From Alphaproteobacteria bacterium (GTDB lineage: Bacteria; Pseudomonadota; Alphaproteobacteria; UBA828), in the NCBI GenBank assembly GCA_965214705.1, contig CBDCCI010000002.1, positions 2,816,001-2,880,000 of the forward strand: a DNA stretch of 64,000 nucleotides, written 5' to 3'. Shown here piece after piece: positions 1 to 9,461 of this stretch (its first letter is position 1; each line of letters opens with the position of its first letter). The notes under the pieces are model-generated. The model saw only the letters and a program-made list of their open reading frames with translations, did no database searches and was not told where the DNA came from. Position numbers and translations under genes: made by a program.

Positions 1-525
1 GTCGGGGCCGAGTCCGGCCCCGGTCAGTGCGCGACGACGCTCGCGCTCATAGACCGCGATGCGTGCCTCCAGCGCGGCCCTCGCCCGTTTGGCCTCCTCC
101 GGCGTCTCGGTCACGCCGGCGTCGGCCATGGCCTGTTGGCGCCGCGTTTCCTCCGCCCGCTCGCGCTCGATCGCCTGCGTCATGCGGGCGGCGTATTCGC
201 GGGCGCTGGCCTGGCGGGCGGCAAGCGCGGCCTGCTCGGCGGCCGCGCTCATTCGCTCGCACGCCTCCCGCACCGCCTCCGAGACAGGCGGCTGCGGATA
301 GTCGATGGTCTCGCGTGGCGTGTAGGCCGGCACCGCCTTGCGCGCGCGGGCGGCGTAGTCGAGCACCGCGAGCAGGGTGACGCTCGGTGTGCCGATGACG
401 CGCCGCTCGGCGCCCTGCAGCGCGCGCATCTCGGGCACGATCCGCTCGTAGAGGGTGCGGCTCATGGCGTCGCCACGTAGCCACCCGGTCCACGAATCGC
501 GGATTTGGCAATAGGTGTGGACCAT
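1..525 (-). CDS. Hypothetical phage-associated protein, Ala/Glu/Arg-rich helical (3' end outside window)
   Basis: Manual translation: MVHTYCQIRDSWTGWLRGDAMSRTLYERIVPEMRALQGAERRVIG...EEAKRARAALEARIAVYERERRR; open to the window edge, co-oriented downstream of the capsid gene; start uncertain. Confidence 0.55.
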   Translation of the reverse strand, partial: MVHTYCQIRDSWTGWLRGDAMSRTLYERIVPEMRALQGAERRVIGTPSVTLLAVLDYAARARKAVPAYTPRETIDYPQPPVSEAVREACERMSAAAEQAALAARQASAREYAARMTQAIERERAEETRRQQAMADAGVTETPEEAKRARAALEARIAVYERERRRALTGAGLGPD

Positions 526-651
526 GTTCAGCAGGCGCTCGGCATGCCAGCAGACCTTGCGCTCAGCGTCCGACTGGCGCGGGTCCGCTGGCGAATAGCC
601 GAGGCCGCACAGGTGGTCCGGTGGGCGAGCGGAAGGGGGTCGCGCCATCGG

Positions 652-1626
652 CTAGGACACCGCGTTGCGCCAGAGGTAGCCGGCGCGGCTGTAGGCCACC
701 AGCTCCTTGACGCACTCGCTGACCTTGACGACGGTCGAGCCACGGTTGACGCCGCGCGCCGGCTCCTCGTAGGTGCCGACCTGCAACCCGCCGAGGGCAT
801 CGGCGGTCCAGCAGAACTTGGGCATCCGGTCGCGGGACGACGCTATGTCGCGGCGCACGTGGATGGCGCAGGCGTGCTTGCCCCAGAGGCGGGCGAAGCT
901 GTCCTCCTGGCCGCGCTTGGCGCTCTGATACCAGGCCATGCCGACCAGCACGCGGTCGACCTCGAAGAGCTCGGCCACCGCCTCCTTCACGACGATGCCG
1001 GAGGCCTGGTCGCCGGCGCCGGTGGCAGCCACCGCTTCCACGATCTTCGGATGCTGGCGGAGCGCGGTCCACACCTTTTGGCCGAAAACCAGCACGTTGG
1101 GGCGGACGAGAGGCACGTCGAGAGCCTCCAGGATCGCCTTTCGCGGGTTCGAGCTGGCGTGGCTCCACTGGGCGTTGCCGTTGAGCGTGGCGGAGTGGCC
1201 CGCCGCGTAGCTGGACGCGGTTGTCACCAAGTCGGCCACGCGCCGCTCGCGCGCGAGCTTCACCAGTTCGGCGGTGGAGATTGCGGCCTGCTCCAGCGGG
1301 TCGTAGGCGACCTCCTGAGCGCGCGCTTCCTCGATGTCGCGGGAGGGGACCGGATCTTCCAGGCCGTAATCGACGACGCTCGCGGTGGTGTTTGTGGCTC
1401 CGAACTCGACCTGATTGAGGCGCCCGGCTCGGGAGGCCCGCACGTCCGGGATGGTGAGCAGGTCCTCCTCGGTGAGCGTGGTGTAGGTGAACTTGTAGCC
1501 GGTGCGGACGCGCGGGCAGACCTCGTCGGCGATCAGGCCGGACGGCATCGCCGCCTGCGCGATCTGCGTGAGCCGGGTCTGGACCTCGTAGGGGCCAGAA
1601 GCGAGCTGGGTGGTGTGCAGATCCAT
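652..1626 (-). CDS. Phage major capsid protein, Mu-like/transposable-phage type
   Basis: MDLHTTQLASGPYEVQTRLTQIAQ..LIADEVCPRV..PNVLVFGQKVWTALRQHPKIV..AGYLWRNAVS resembles capsids of Mu-like phages; follows protease and decoration genes. Confidence 0.85.
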   Translation of the reverse strand: MDLHTTQLASGPYEVQTRLTQIAQAAMPSGLIADEVCPRVRTGYKFTYTTLTEEDLLTIPDVRASRAGRLNQVEFGATNTTASVVDYGLEDPVPSRDIEEARAQEVAYDPLEQAAISTAELVKLARERRVADLVTTASSYAAGHSATLNGNAQWSHASSNPRKAILEALDVPLVRPNVLVFGQKVWTALRQHPKIVEAVAATGAGDQASGIVVKEAVAELFEVDRVLVGMAWYQSAKRGQEDSFARLWGKHACAIHVRRDIASSRDRMPKFCWTADALGGLQVGTYEEPARGVNRGSTVVKVSECVKELVAYSRAGYLWRNAVS

Positions 1627-1636
1627 GGTGATTCCC

Positions 1637-1993
1637 TCAGTGAAGGCCGGGGGCGAGCAGCACCTGGCCGATGTCGCCGGCGGCGCCGGAAACCTCGGCA
1701 ATGCCGATGACGCGGTTGCCGTCGGCGGCGGTTACCGCCTTGCCGTCGGAGTCCGCCGTGAGCAGCGCGCCCCGCGCGACGTTGGCGCCGTATTCGATGT
1801 CGGCGATACCGGTGCGGGCGATCTCGACACGCCCACCCGAGGCCGCCGACGCCCGGCCGGAGACCCCGACGTGGGCGTCTGCAGCGGCGGCGGACTGCAC
1901 CACCTTGCCGTCGCCGTCGCCGTACTTGACGATTCGGTGGGGGGCCACGGCACCGCCGGCGTCCACCGCCCGCCACATCAGCACATGACTCAT
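1637..1993 (-). CDS. Capsid decoration/cement protein (DUF2190-like)
   Basis: 118 aa Gly/Ala-rich, GALLTADSDGKAV..VIGIA..GAAGDI motif, located between protease and capsid genes. Confidence 0.75.
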   Translation of the reverse strand: MSHVLMWRAVDAGGAVAPHRIVKYGDGDGKVVQSAAAADAHVGVSGRASAASGGRVEIARTGIADIEYGANVARGALLTADSDGKAVTAADGNRVIGIAEVSGAAGDIGQVLLAPGLH

Positions 1994-3072
1994 TGGGTTC
2001 CTCCTTCGATGCCGAGCCCGCGCTTGGCGCGCGCCCGGTCAACGGCCTCGGCGGGGGTGAGCGACATGCCCCTCCCCGCTTCCGCCGCCATCAGCGCGCG
2101 GGCCTCGGCAGCGATCCGCTCGCTGTCGTTTCCCGCATCCTCGTGAGTGCCCGCTTGACCCGACGCGCCCGGCACCAGGCCACCCGCGAGCGTCCGGTAA
2201 TCCACGCGCCTGGGCAGGCCCTCGATGAACCGTTCCAGAATGGCGGCGGGCCGCATCCGCTCCTCGCCGCCGGAAGCCGACGCGAAGGCGATGGTGGCGT
2301 GCCCGCCTGCGGCGCCCTCGTCGTCGGTGTTCTGTTCGTCGCCGAGCGCGGCGAGCAGCGCAACAAGCGCCGCCCGTTCCGCAGGTAGGACCCGCCCCGC
2401 TTCCACATGGGGCACGATCGCCGCCTCGGCCGCCCGCCGCCTGTCATCGGCCGCTGCTGCCGCCTCGCGCGCGAGCAACGCGGTCTCTCGTGCAGCCAGC
2501 GCGGCTTCGCGGTCGGCCAACTCCACGCGATCACCGTCCTCCTCGTCGCACTCGGGCGCAGAGAGGGCGCGATCTCGGTCGTCTACCTCGTCCTCTTCCG
2601 CCTCGGCAGCAAGGGGAGAATCGGGGTGTGCGTCGGATGATTGCTGCGAAGCCTCGGCGGCGCTGTCGACGAAGGCGATCACCGTCTCCGGCGCGGAGGC
2701 AAAACACGTCGGTACGAGCCCCGGCACCGCTGGCGCACGGCCACCGAGGAAGCCGAGATGGCGCAGCGTGTCGCCCTGGAGCGCGATCGAGCGGCCGGCG
2801 TAGTGCCCGGCCTCGACCGCCTCGCGGAAGGCAGGCGCGATGTCGCGCAGCGTCGCCTGCAGCCGGTCGCCGACGCGGCGCAGGCTCTCGATCCAGGCGT
2901 AGGCTGGCGCGTCGGCTTCCGGGTGACCCACGACGACGGGCGCAGGGTCGGCGGCGGCGTGCTCGGCGACGATGCGATCGAGGCGGGCCTCGTCGATCGC
3001 CACCTCGCGGCCGGCGATGTCGCGCCAAGTGCCGGCACGGCAGACGTCGATCCAGCCGTCGAGGGCGCTCAT
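1990..3072 (-). CDS. Mu-like prohead protease/scaffold (gpI-like)
   Basis: WIDVCRAGTW..APVVVGHPEADAPAYAWI..LRHLGFLGGRAPAVPGL N-terminal protease motifs plus an acidic coiled-coil scaffold tail; ATGA overlap with the next gene. Confidence 0.85.
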   Translation of the reverse strand: MSALDGWIDVCRAGTWRDIAGREVAIDEARLDRIVAEHAAADPAPVVVGHPEADAPAYAWIESLRRVGDRLQATLRDIAPAFREAVEAGHYAGRSIALQGDTLRHLGFLGGRAPAVPGLVPTCFASAPETVIAFVDSAAEASQQSSDAHPDSPLAAEAEEDEVDDRDRALSAPECDEEDGDRVELADREAALAARETALLAREAAAAADDRRRAAEAAIVPHVEAGRVLPAERAALVALLAALGDEQNTDDEGAAGGHATIAFASASGGEERMRPAAILERFIEGLPRRVDYRTLAGGLVPGASGQAGTHEDAGNDSERIAAEARALMAAEAGRGMSLTPAEAVDRARAKRGLGIEGGTQ

Positions 3073-3467
3073 CGCGCGCCTCCGGTCGCGCCCAAGGCTC
3101 GCGGGATTGAAAGAGTGTCGAAGGAGCGCGGGAGCGAGAGAGTGTCGCAGGTGCGCGGTTTCAGGACCCGGGGGTCAGAGGGTGAGTGAGCGTTCATGGC
3201 GCGGACAATGCCGCATGCCGGCGGCCCCGTGCACCGCACCATGGTCCGAAGTGTTAGATTCTTTTCCCCTCACTCGCAGAGCGCTCGAAACCGCCAGCTG
3301 CGCACGATTTAACGGTGGCCTTCCCAGACAAAAACAGTGCTGCTGTCGATCGTTGTAAGACGTGCGCAACCGGCCTTATGACCGAGCGCGGGACAAGATT
3401 GAGACGCTTCGAGCCGCCCTGTTTTCCAGCCCAGCGGCCCCGTAAAACGGGCCCCGCCTGTGCCCTT

Positions 3468-3758
3468 CTACGTCCTCACGGGCTCGACAATAACGCGATT
3501 ACGCCCGCGCCGGATCAAGTAGCCGCCTCGCGGAATTGCCAGCGCACCGTCCCGGACAAGCGGCCAGAGTGTATCGACAATCAATTCGGCGTCGAGATCC
3601 CTTTCGATCACCACCGGTTTCGGTTGTGTGGCGATCCATGCGGCAAACGCGCGCTCACCGATCTCGTCGCCTACAGATCTGCGCAGCGTTTCGAGCTTGC
3701 GAAGTTGCCCTTTTGTCAACGTGCTCTCGTCGATCTTGGTGAAAGATCGTCTGGCCAT
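3468..3758 (-). CDS. Small basic hypothetical protein
   Basis: 96 aa with GGAG RBS and AT-rich upstream region; TLTKGQLRKLETLRRSVG..RGGYLIRRGRNRVIVE. Confidence 0.7.
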   Translation of the reverse strand: MARRSFTKIDESTLTKGQLRKLETLRRSVGDEIGERAFAAWIATQPKPVVIERDLDAELIVDTLWPLVRDGALAIPRGGYLIRRGRNRVIVEPVRT

Positions 3759-3937
3759 AAATTTATCTCCGTGAAACCGGCGGATTGTATGTGCTCGTCA
3801 TATATCAAAAAATATGCACGATTGAAAATACCCCGTTTGGTGTAACTGCCCAGGTCTGATTCCGCCGAGCACTCACGCGTGATGGACTGATGCCTCTGGC
3901 CTGGTGCCGCTGACGTGGAGCGGAGCGGCGGGGGATT

Positions 3938-5532
3938 TCAGAAGCGCAGTACCGGGATTAGCTGCATGGGATCGGGGTGCGCCAGGGTTTCGAGGACATT
4001 CCAGCGCTGTTTTCGAGCGGTGGCGATGACGGACCGCAGGTTGGCGAAGTCGCAGGCACCTTGCATCGAGCGGAAGCCGCCTGAGATTTTCTGACGCAGC
4101 TTGCCCATTCGCAGATCGCGCTCCGCCTCATTGTTCGAGAACGGGGTTCGCGGGTCGGTGAGGAAGCGCAGGCACCCCTCCTTGTACTTCTGGAGCCGGA
4201 GCGCGAGGTTGTGACCGATGCGGCGCTTTTGTCGTCCGCGCTTTCCGGTCTGGAGCGGCGGCATCTCTTCGTGAGCGGCGATGGCACGTTCGAGGATGCG
4301 GTCCCAGGCTCGCGAGATGCGGGCGACCAGTGATGCGGGCACGTCGCGATCATTCTTGCGGGCGAAGCGGGCAGGCCATGGGCGAACAGACAGCCGAAGC
4401 GGGCGGCTCTGTTGGCACGGGAGAGCAGCTGGTGCGTGCTCGTTGCCCAGTCTTCCTTCTCGATCTCGATCAGGGCCTGGAGCTCACGCAGGTGATGGGC
4501 GTTGCAGGCCCCGTGGCGCACGCCCTCGAGAGCGAAGTAGGTGGCATAGTCGTCATGGATGACGATGCCGTTGAGCTTCTCGTCGAAATGGCCGCGCCCG
4601 CTGGCGACGCGCAGGATGGTCAGCAACGGGGTGCACAGCACGTGGAGCCAATGGGTCCGGGCGGCGATGCGGATGCCGGTCTCGTCGAGGTGTTTGACCG
4701 GGGCTTCGGTGCGGATGATCTCTGCGACACGATCGAGGAAGCCCTCGAAGCGCCGGGCGGTGCGCCGGCCCATGGCGGCGATGGTGGCCGTTGAGATCTT
4801 GACCGCGAAGAGATCGCTCATGACCTCGGCGACGCGCTTCTCCGGAATGAACTGAGCGTGCAGCAGGTAGGTCACCCACGCGGTGATGCGCGGCCCGTAC
4901 TGGACCGGGGCGCTCACGCCGTTCGGGAAGGCGGCTGTTGTCATGGTACCGCAGGCGGCGCAGAGGCAGCGATGGCCGCGATGCTCGGTGGCCTCGAGGG
5001 GCTGCGGCTCGGGCACATCGAAGACCTGCCGGCAGACGGGGGCTCCGTGACGGTCGGCGTCCGACAGCGGCGCGCCGCAGCCCTCACAGGCGGACGGATC
5101 ATGATCCACGACGTGGTCCGGGTTCTCGGTCCGCTCCAGGGTGGTTCCCTTGTGGCCCGGCTGACCGCCGCTGGGCCTGTCGGATTTGCCGCGCCGGCTC
5201 CGGGTGCGCTTCTCCTGGTCTCCGCTCTTCTTCTCCTGGTCTCCGCTCTTCTTCTTCAGGCCGTCGCTGGCCGGCGGCTTGGAGCTGGTGGTGCTGTCGA
5301 GCGCGGCGCTGCGCTCAAGTTCGGCGATCCGCTCGCGCAAGCGGGCGTTCTCCCGCTCCAGCGCGTCGTTCTCCTTGACCAGCGCCGCGCTCAGGCGAAG
5401 CAGCCCCTGGCCCCATTCCCGGATGGCTTTGACGGCGGTCATCGCGAAGGATTGTGGGGTGAAAAGGTCCTGCAGGCACGCGAAAGCCTCGTCGTGAGCG
5501 GCGAGGTCCGCGTGCCAGCGCGACACTGTCAC
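3938..5532 (-). pseudogene. tnpC: IS66 transposase TnpC, frameshifted
   Basis: Leucine zipper, SSKPPASD, CxxC Zn finger, HLDETG, HHLREL, and in another frame NNEAERDLR..KISGGFRS; frame broken by 32 extra bp at about 4363-4404. Confidence 0.9.
5209..5250. repeat. 21-bp tandem duplication in tnpC (KKSGDQE x2)
   Basis: CTTCTCCTGGTCTCCGCTCTT twice, in frame. Confidence 0.9.
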
Positions 5533-6197
5533 AAACCCTCGTCAGCCTCGACGGCCATGATCGCGGCCAGCACCGCCAGGCGTTCGCCCGCCGGCATGGC
5601 CTCGTAGCGCCGGCCCCAGTTGGCCGCCTTGCGCTTGATGCGCTGGCGGTCGGTGAAGTTGCGGCCCGCGCAGCTCGCCCAGTGCACCCGGTCGGGCGCG
5701 AAGTTGAACCACACCACCTCGGTCCGCACCTGGGCCTGGGTCGTCACCTGCAGCGCCAGCCGGCGCCAGCCCGCCAGCAACTCGTCATAGAGCGCAGACG
5801 GGTGGCCCGAGACCATCACCTGGCAGGGCAGACCCTTGAGCAGTTCGAGGAGCGCGACGTGGTCGGCCTCCTCGTACTCGAAGCGGTAGCGCTGCGACGA
5901 ACGCCGGGTCGCGTGCAGATAGGGCGGATCGCTGTAGACCAGCTCCGGGCCCAGGAACGGGAACGAGGCCAGAAAGGAGTGGGCGCAGCCGTGCACCAAC
6001 TCCACCGGGTAGCCACAGTCGAAGGACTCAAGCGCCCGCTCGTCGCGGTCAATCCCGATCGAGCGCACGGCCGCAGGCTTGCGCTTCATCAGCGCCCCGC
6101 CCCCCAAGTGGCTCTCGATATAGACAGAGTGCGGGGGCATCAGCGCAATCAGCGCCTGGCTCAGACCGGTCGTCGCCTTCGATCCGAAATACCCCAC
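5529..6197 (-). CDS. DNA adenine methyltransferase (Dam/D12-class like)
   Basis: YFGSK N-terminus, SAM-binding YIESHLGGGA, catalytic YSDPPY, RTEVVWFN; stop overlaps the tnpC start (GTGA). Confidence 0.85.
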   Translation of the reverse strand: MGYFGSKATTGLSQALIALMPPHSVYIESHLGGGALMKRKPAAVRSIGIDRDERALESFDCGYPVELVHGCAHSFLASFPFLGPELVYSDPPYLHATRRSSQRYRFEYEEADHVALLELLKGLPCQVMVSGHPSALYDELLAGWRRLALQVTTQAQVRTEVVWFNFAPDRVHWASCAGRNFTDRQRIKRKAANWGRRYEAMPAGERLAVLAAIMAVEADEGL

Positions 6198-6505
6198 CGG
6201 CTGCTCCTCTCATGCGAGAGAGCAACCCATAGGCGAGCGCGCCTATACAGTCAAGGGGCAGATCATCGATGCGCCGACGGCCAAACGGCACCGGCGGCGA
6301 CCAACATCAGCACGCACTCAGATCTGGCGGCGGGGTACCTGGGTAGTTACCGTTTGGTTGATATTACCAAAAAGTATACCCGTGGATTTAGGAGGCATAC
6401 AGCAAGACGAATTGCTGAACAACTCACCGAAATTACGGAGGAATTTGCGCCATCAATGCGGTGACCTCGCCTCAACTTCAATAACATATAGTGATTAATA
6501 TAACC

Positions 6506-7291
6506 TTATTGTGCGGTCCAACCTCCATCAATTAACAGGCTCGCGCCCGTTATCAGGCTAGCAGCGTCACTCGCCAGAAACACAACTGCCCCCATCACGT
6601 CGGAAATCTCGCCGAGTCGACCGAGCGCAATACGGTTCAGCGTGTCTTCCTTGAACGCCGGATCTTCGAGGAACGGACGAGTCATCGGAGTCGAAATAAA
6701 GGTTGGACCAATGGCATTAACCCGGATGTTATATGGCGCCAAATCCATCGCCATCGCCTTGGTCATGCCCTCGATGGCATGCTTGGTGGCGCAGTAGACC
6801 GTGCGCCGCGGCCCGCCGACATGGCCCATCTGGGAGGACATGTTGATGATGACACCGCCCCGATTCGCGGTGACCATCTCTCGCGCCACAGCCTGGGCAC
6901 AGAAATAGGCGCCGCGCACGTTGATGCCCATCACGGCGTCGAAGTCTTCCACCGTCACATCGAGCAGCGGCGCCGGGCGGTTGCCGCCGGCGTTGTTGAC
7001 GAGAATGTCGACCGTCCCAAGCGTCGTGAGCGCTTCCGCGGCCCGCTCGACGTCCGCAATGTCGAGCGCGAGCGTCTCCGTCCTCCCGCCCGTAACCGCG
7101 ATTTCGTCCGCCACTCGCTCCAGCGCGTCTTGGCCCCGCGCCGCGAGCACGACATGGGCACCGGCCTCGGCGAGCGCGGCGGCGCAGGCGCGGCCGAGGC
7201 CGCGGCTCGCGCCGGTGACGAGCGCGCGCTTTCCGTCCAGCCGGAAGGACGGCGTCTTCGGCAGCGCGTCGTCTGCTGCGGAATCAGGCAA
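6506..7291 (-). CDS. hpsO: SDR oxidoreductase, probable DHPS 2-dehydrogenase HpsO
   Basis: [17 protein letters not shown]; [19 protein letters not shown]-terminus; coupled to an hpsN-like gene. Confidence 0.7.
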   Translation of the reverse strand: MPDSAADDALPKTPSFRLDGKRALVTGASRGLGRACAAALAEAGAHVVLAARGQDALERVADEIAVTGGRTETLALDIADVERAAEALTTLGTVDILVNNAGGNRPAPLLDVTVEDFDAVMGINVRGAYFCAQAVAREMVTANRGGVIINMSSQMGHVGGPRRTVYCATKHAIEGMTKAMAMDLAPYNIRVNAIGPTFISTPMTRPFLEDPAFKEDTLNRIALGRLGEISDVMGAVVFLASDAASLITGASLLIDGGWTAQ

Positions 7292-8573
7292 TGTTTATGC
7301 CGCCGTAACGGCGCACGCGGATGTCCGCCTGCTCCTTGTGCCCGGCAAAGCCTTCGAGGGCGCAGAGGCGCGAACAGTATTCGCCCACAATGGTCGAGGC
7401 CTCGTCGGTCAGAACCCGCTGATAGGTGCAGGTCTTGAGGAACTTGCCGACCCAGAGGCCACCGGTGTAGCGCGCGGCCTTGCGTGTCGGCAGCGTGTGG
7501 TTCGTGCCGATCACCTTGTCGCCGTAAGAGACGTTGGTGCGCGGGCCAAGGAAGAGCGCACCGTAATTGGTCATACGCTCGAGGAACCAGTCCGCGTCCT
7601 CGGTCATCACCTGTACGTGCTCGGCGGCGATCTCGTCCGCCACCGCCACCATCTCGTCCAACGTGTCACAGACGATCACCTGGCCGTAGTCGCGCCACGC
7701 CTGGCCCGCGATCTCCGCCGTCGGCAGGATGGTGAGCTGGCGCTCGACCTCGGCCATGGTCTGACGGGCGAGGGTTTCGGAGTTGGTCAGCAGGGTTGCC
7801 GGTGAGGTCGGCCCGTGCTCCGCCTGGCCCAGGAGGTCGGCGGCGCAGAGCTCGCCGTCCACGGTTTCGTCGGCGATCACCAGGGTCTCGGTGGGCCCGG
7901 CCAGCAGGTCGATACCCACGCGGCCGAAGAGCTGGCGCTTGGCCTCCGCCACGAAGGCGTTGCCGGGGCCCACCAGCATGTCGACTTGCTCGATGCTGCC
8001 GGTGCCGAGCGCCATGGCGCCCACCGCCTGAATGCCGCCCAGCACGTAGATCTCGTCGGCGCCCGCGAGATGCTGGGCCGCGACGATCGCCGGCGCGGGC
8101 ATGCCCTCGAAGGGCGGGGCGCAGGTCGCGATGCGCTCGACACCCGCCACCTTTGCCGTCACTACCGACATATGGGCGGACGCCACCATCGGGTACTTGC
8201 CGCCCGGAACGTAGCAGCCGACCGCGTTGACCGGGATGTTCCTGTGGCCGAGCACCACACCGGGCAGGGTCTCGACCTCGACATCCTGCAACGCGTCGCG
8301 CTGGGCCTGCGCGAAATTGCGAATCTGCTCCTGGGCAAAGAGGATGTCCCCGCGGTCCTGCTCCGGCACCCGGTCCAGGCATGCTTCGATCTCCGCCTCG
8401 CTGAGCCGGAAGTCCTCGCGCTCCCAGCGATCGAACTTGAGCGACATCTCGCGCACGGCCACATCGCCCCGCTTCGCGATGTCGTTCAACGCGTCTTCCA
8501 CAACGCGGCGGACCTTCTCGTCGGCCTCCGCCGCTTCGGCATCGCTGATTCCGGTCTTTAGATATCGAGGCAT
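7284..8573 (-). CDS. hpsN: Histidinol-dehydrogenase-family protein, probable sulfopropanediol 3-dehydrogenase HpsN
   Basis: HisD fold motifs ([34 protein letters not shown]) of the HpsN subtype; adjacent SDR and no his genes nearby. Confidence 0.75.
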   Translation of the reverse strand: MPRYLKTGISDAEAAEADEKVRRVVEDALNDIAKRGDVAVREMSLKFDRWEREDFRLSEAEIEACLDRVPEQDRGDILFAQEQIRNFAQAQRDALQDVEVETLPGVVLGHRNIPVNAVGCYVPGGKYPMVASAHMSVVTAKVAGVERIATCAPPFEGMPAPAIVAAQHLAGADEIYVLGGIQAVGAMALGTGSIEQVDMLVGPGNAFVAEAKRQLFGRVGIDLLAGPTETLVIADETVDGELCAADLLGQAEHGPTSPATLLTNSETLARQTMAEVERQLTILPTAEIAGQAWRDYGQVIVCDTLDEMVAVADEIAAEHVQVMTEDADWFLERMTNYGALFLGPRTNVSYGDKVIGTNHTLPTRKAARYTGGLWVGKFLKTCTYQRVLTDEASTIVGEYCSRLCALEGFAGHKEQADIRVRRYGGINIA

Positions 8574-8643
8574 CGGCGTTCCTGCTTTCTATTGCGCGCG
8601 TCACCGCGCGAGAGCGCGTGCGCAGCCGGATTGCGGCCTGGAC

Positions 8644-8928
8644 TCAGGTCTCGACGGTGACACCCCGCCAGAAGGCGACATGGTTGCGGATATTCTCGGC
8701 CGCCGGCTTGGGGTCGGGGTAATACCACGCCGCATCGGCGTTTCGCGCGCCGTCAACTTCGACCGTGTAGTAATGGGCCGTGCCCTTCCAGCCGCAAACG
8801 GTGGTCGTCTCACTCGGCGCAAGGAACGCGCGGTTCACGGCCTCCGGCGGGAAGTAGACGTTGCCCTCCACGCTCTCCCACGTCTCGGACTCTGCGATGA
8901 CCTGCCCCTGCAAGAGTGCGCGCGCCAT
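8644..8928 (-). CDS. DUF427 domain protein
   Basis: VEGNVYFP..CGWKGTAHYY..AAWYYPDPK. Confidence 0.9.
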   Translation of the reverse strand: MARALLQGQVIAESETWESVEGNVYFPPEAVNRAFLAPSETTTVCGWKGTAHYYTVEVDGARNADAAWYYPDPKPAAENIRNHVAFWRGVTVET

Positions 8929-8955
8929 ATCCGGTCTCCCTCGTTCGCTGGTCGC

Positions 8956-9393
8956 CTACGCCTGCGGCACCCACTTGATGATGTGCTGCGCCACGGCAAC
9001 GGTCTCGCCCCGCTGGTTGACCACCTCGATGTCGGATAGCGCGCGGCGGCGCTCCTCGTCGATCTCGGCGACTGTATAGGTCACGCTCACCGTATCGTTG
9101 ATGTAGACCGGGGCGGTGAAGCGGATGCGATCGTAGCCGAGCGAGACGGGAGTCTCGTCGCTTCCCCGCTCATCGCAGCGGGCAATCATCATGGTGGACG
9201 TCGTCGACATGAACCCGACCAGCAGCGCCCCGTGGGCGATGCGATGCCCGTAGGACGTCTCGGACATGTACTGCTCGTTCACGTGCAGGCCGTTCAGATC
9301 GCCGGTGATGCCCGCGAACAGGTAGACGTCGCTTTCGCCGACGGTCTTGGAAAACGTGACCTGCTCGCCGACGCTGACGTGGAAGTCGGACAT
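8956..9393 (-). CDS. MaoC-family dehydratase
   Basis: FAGITGDLNGLH..RIAHG..IRFTAPVYINDTV. Confidence 0.9.
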   Translation of the reverse strand: MSDFHVSVGEQVTFSKTVGESDVYLFAGITGDLNGLHVNEQYMSETSYGHRIAHGALLVGFMSTTSTMMIARCDERGSDETPVSLGYDRIRFTAPVYINDTVSVTYTVAEIDEERRRALSDIEVVNQRGETVAVAQHIIKWVPQA

Positions 9394-9461
9394 CCCTCGC
9401 TCCGAGATCGATCAGCCGGTCTTCGCGCAGGTAGCGCGCGTGCCCGTCCAGGCAGGAACCG

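Larger units (their letters stand above)
3842..6350 (-). mobile_element. IS66-family element with passenger DNA methyltransferase
   Basis: TIRs GTAACTGCCCAGGT (3842) and ACCTGGGTAGTTAC (ends 6350), 13/14 match; 8-bp TSD CGTTTGGT at 3834-3841 and 6351-6358. Confidence 0.95.

Noticed and set aside
526-700. Programmed frameshift extending the capsid into the downstream ORF
   Set aside because: The downstream frame is open across the capsid stop, but no slippery sequence is visible and open alternative frames are expected at this GC content.
652-1626. Classical encapsulin
   Set aside because: Linked to a Mu-type protease and decoration gene, with no recognisable cargo enzyme or encapsulin motifs.
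7284-8573. hisD histidine biosynthesis gene
   Set aside because: Sequence subtype and SDR partner fit HpsN better; no his operon context.
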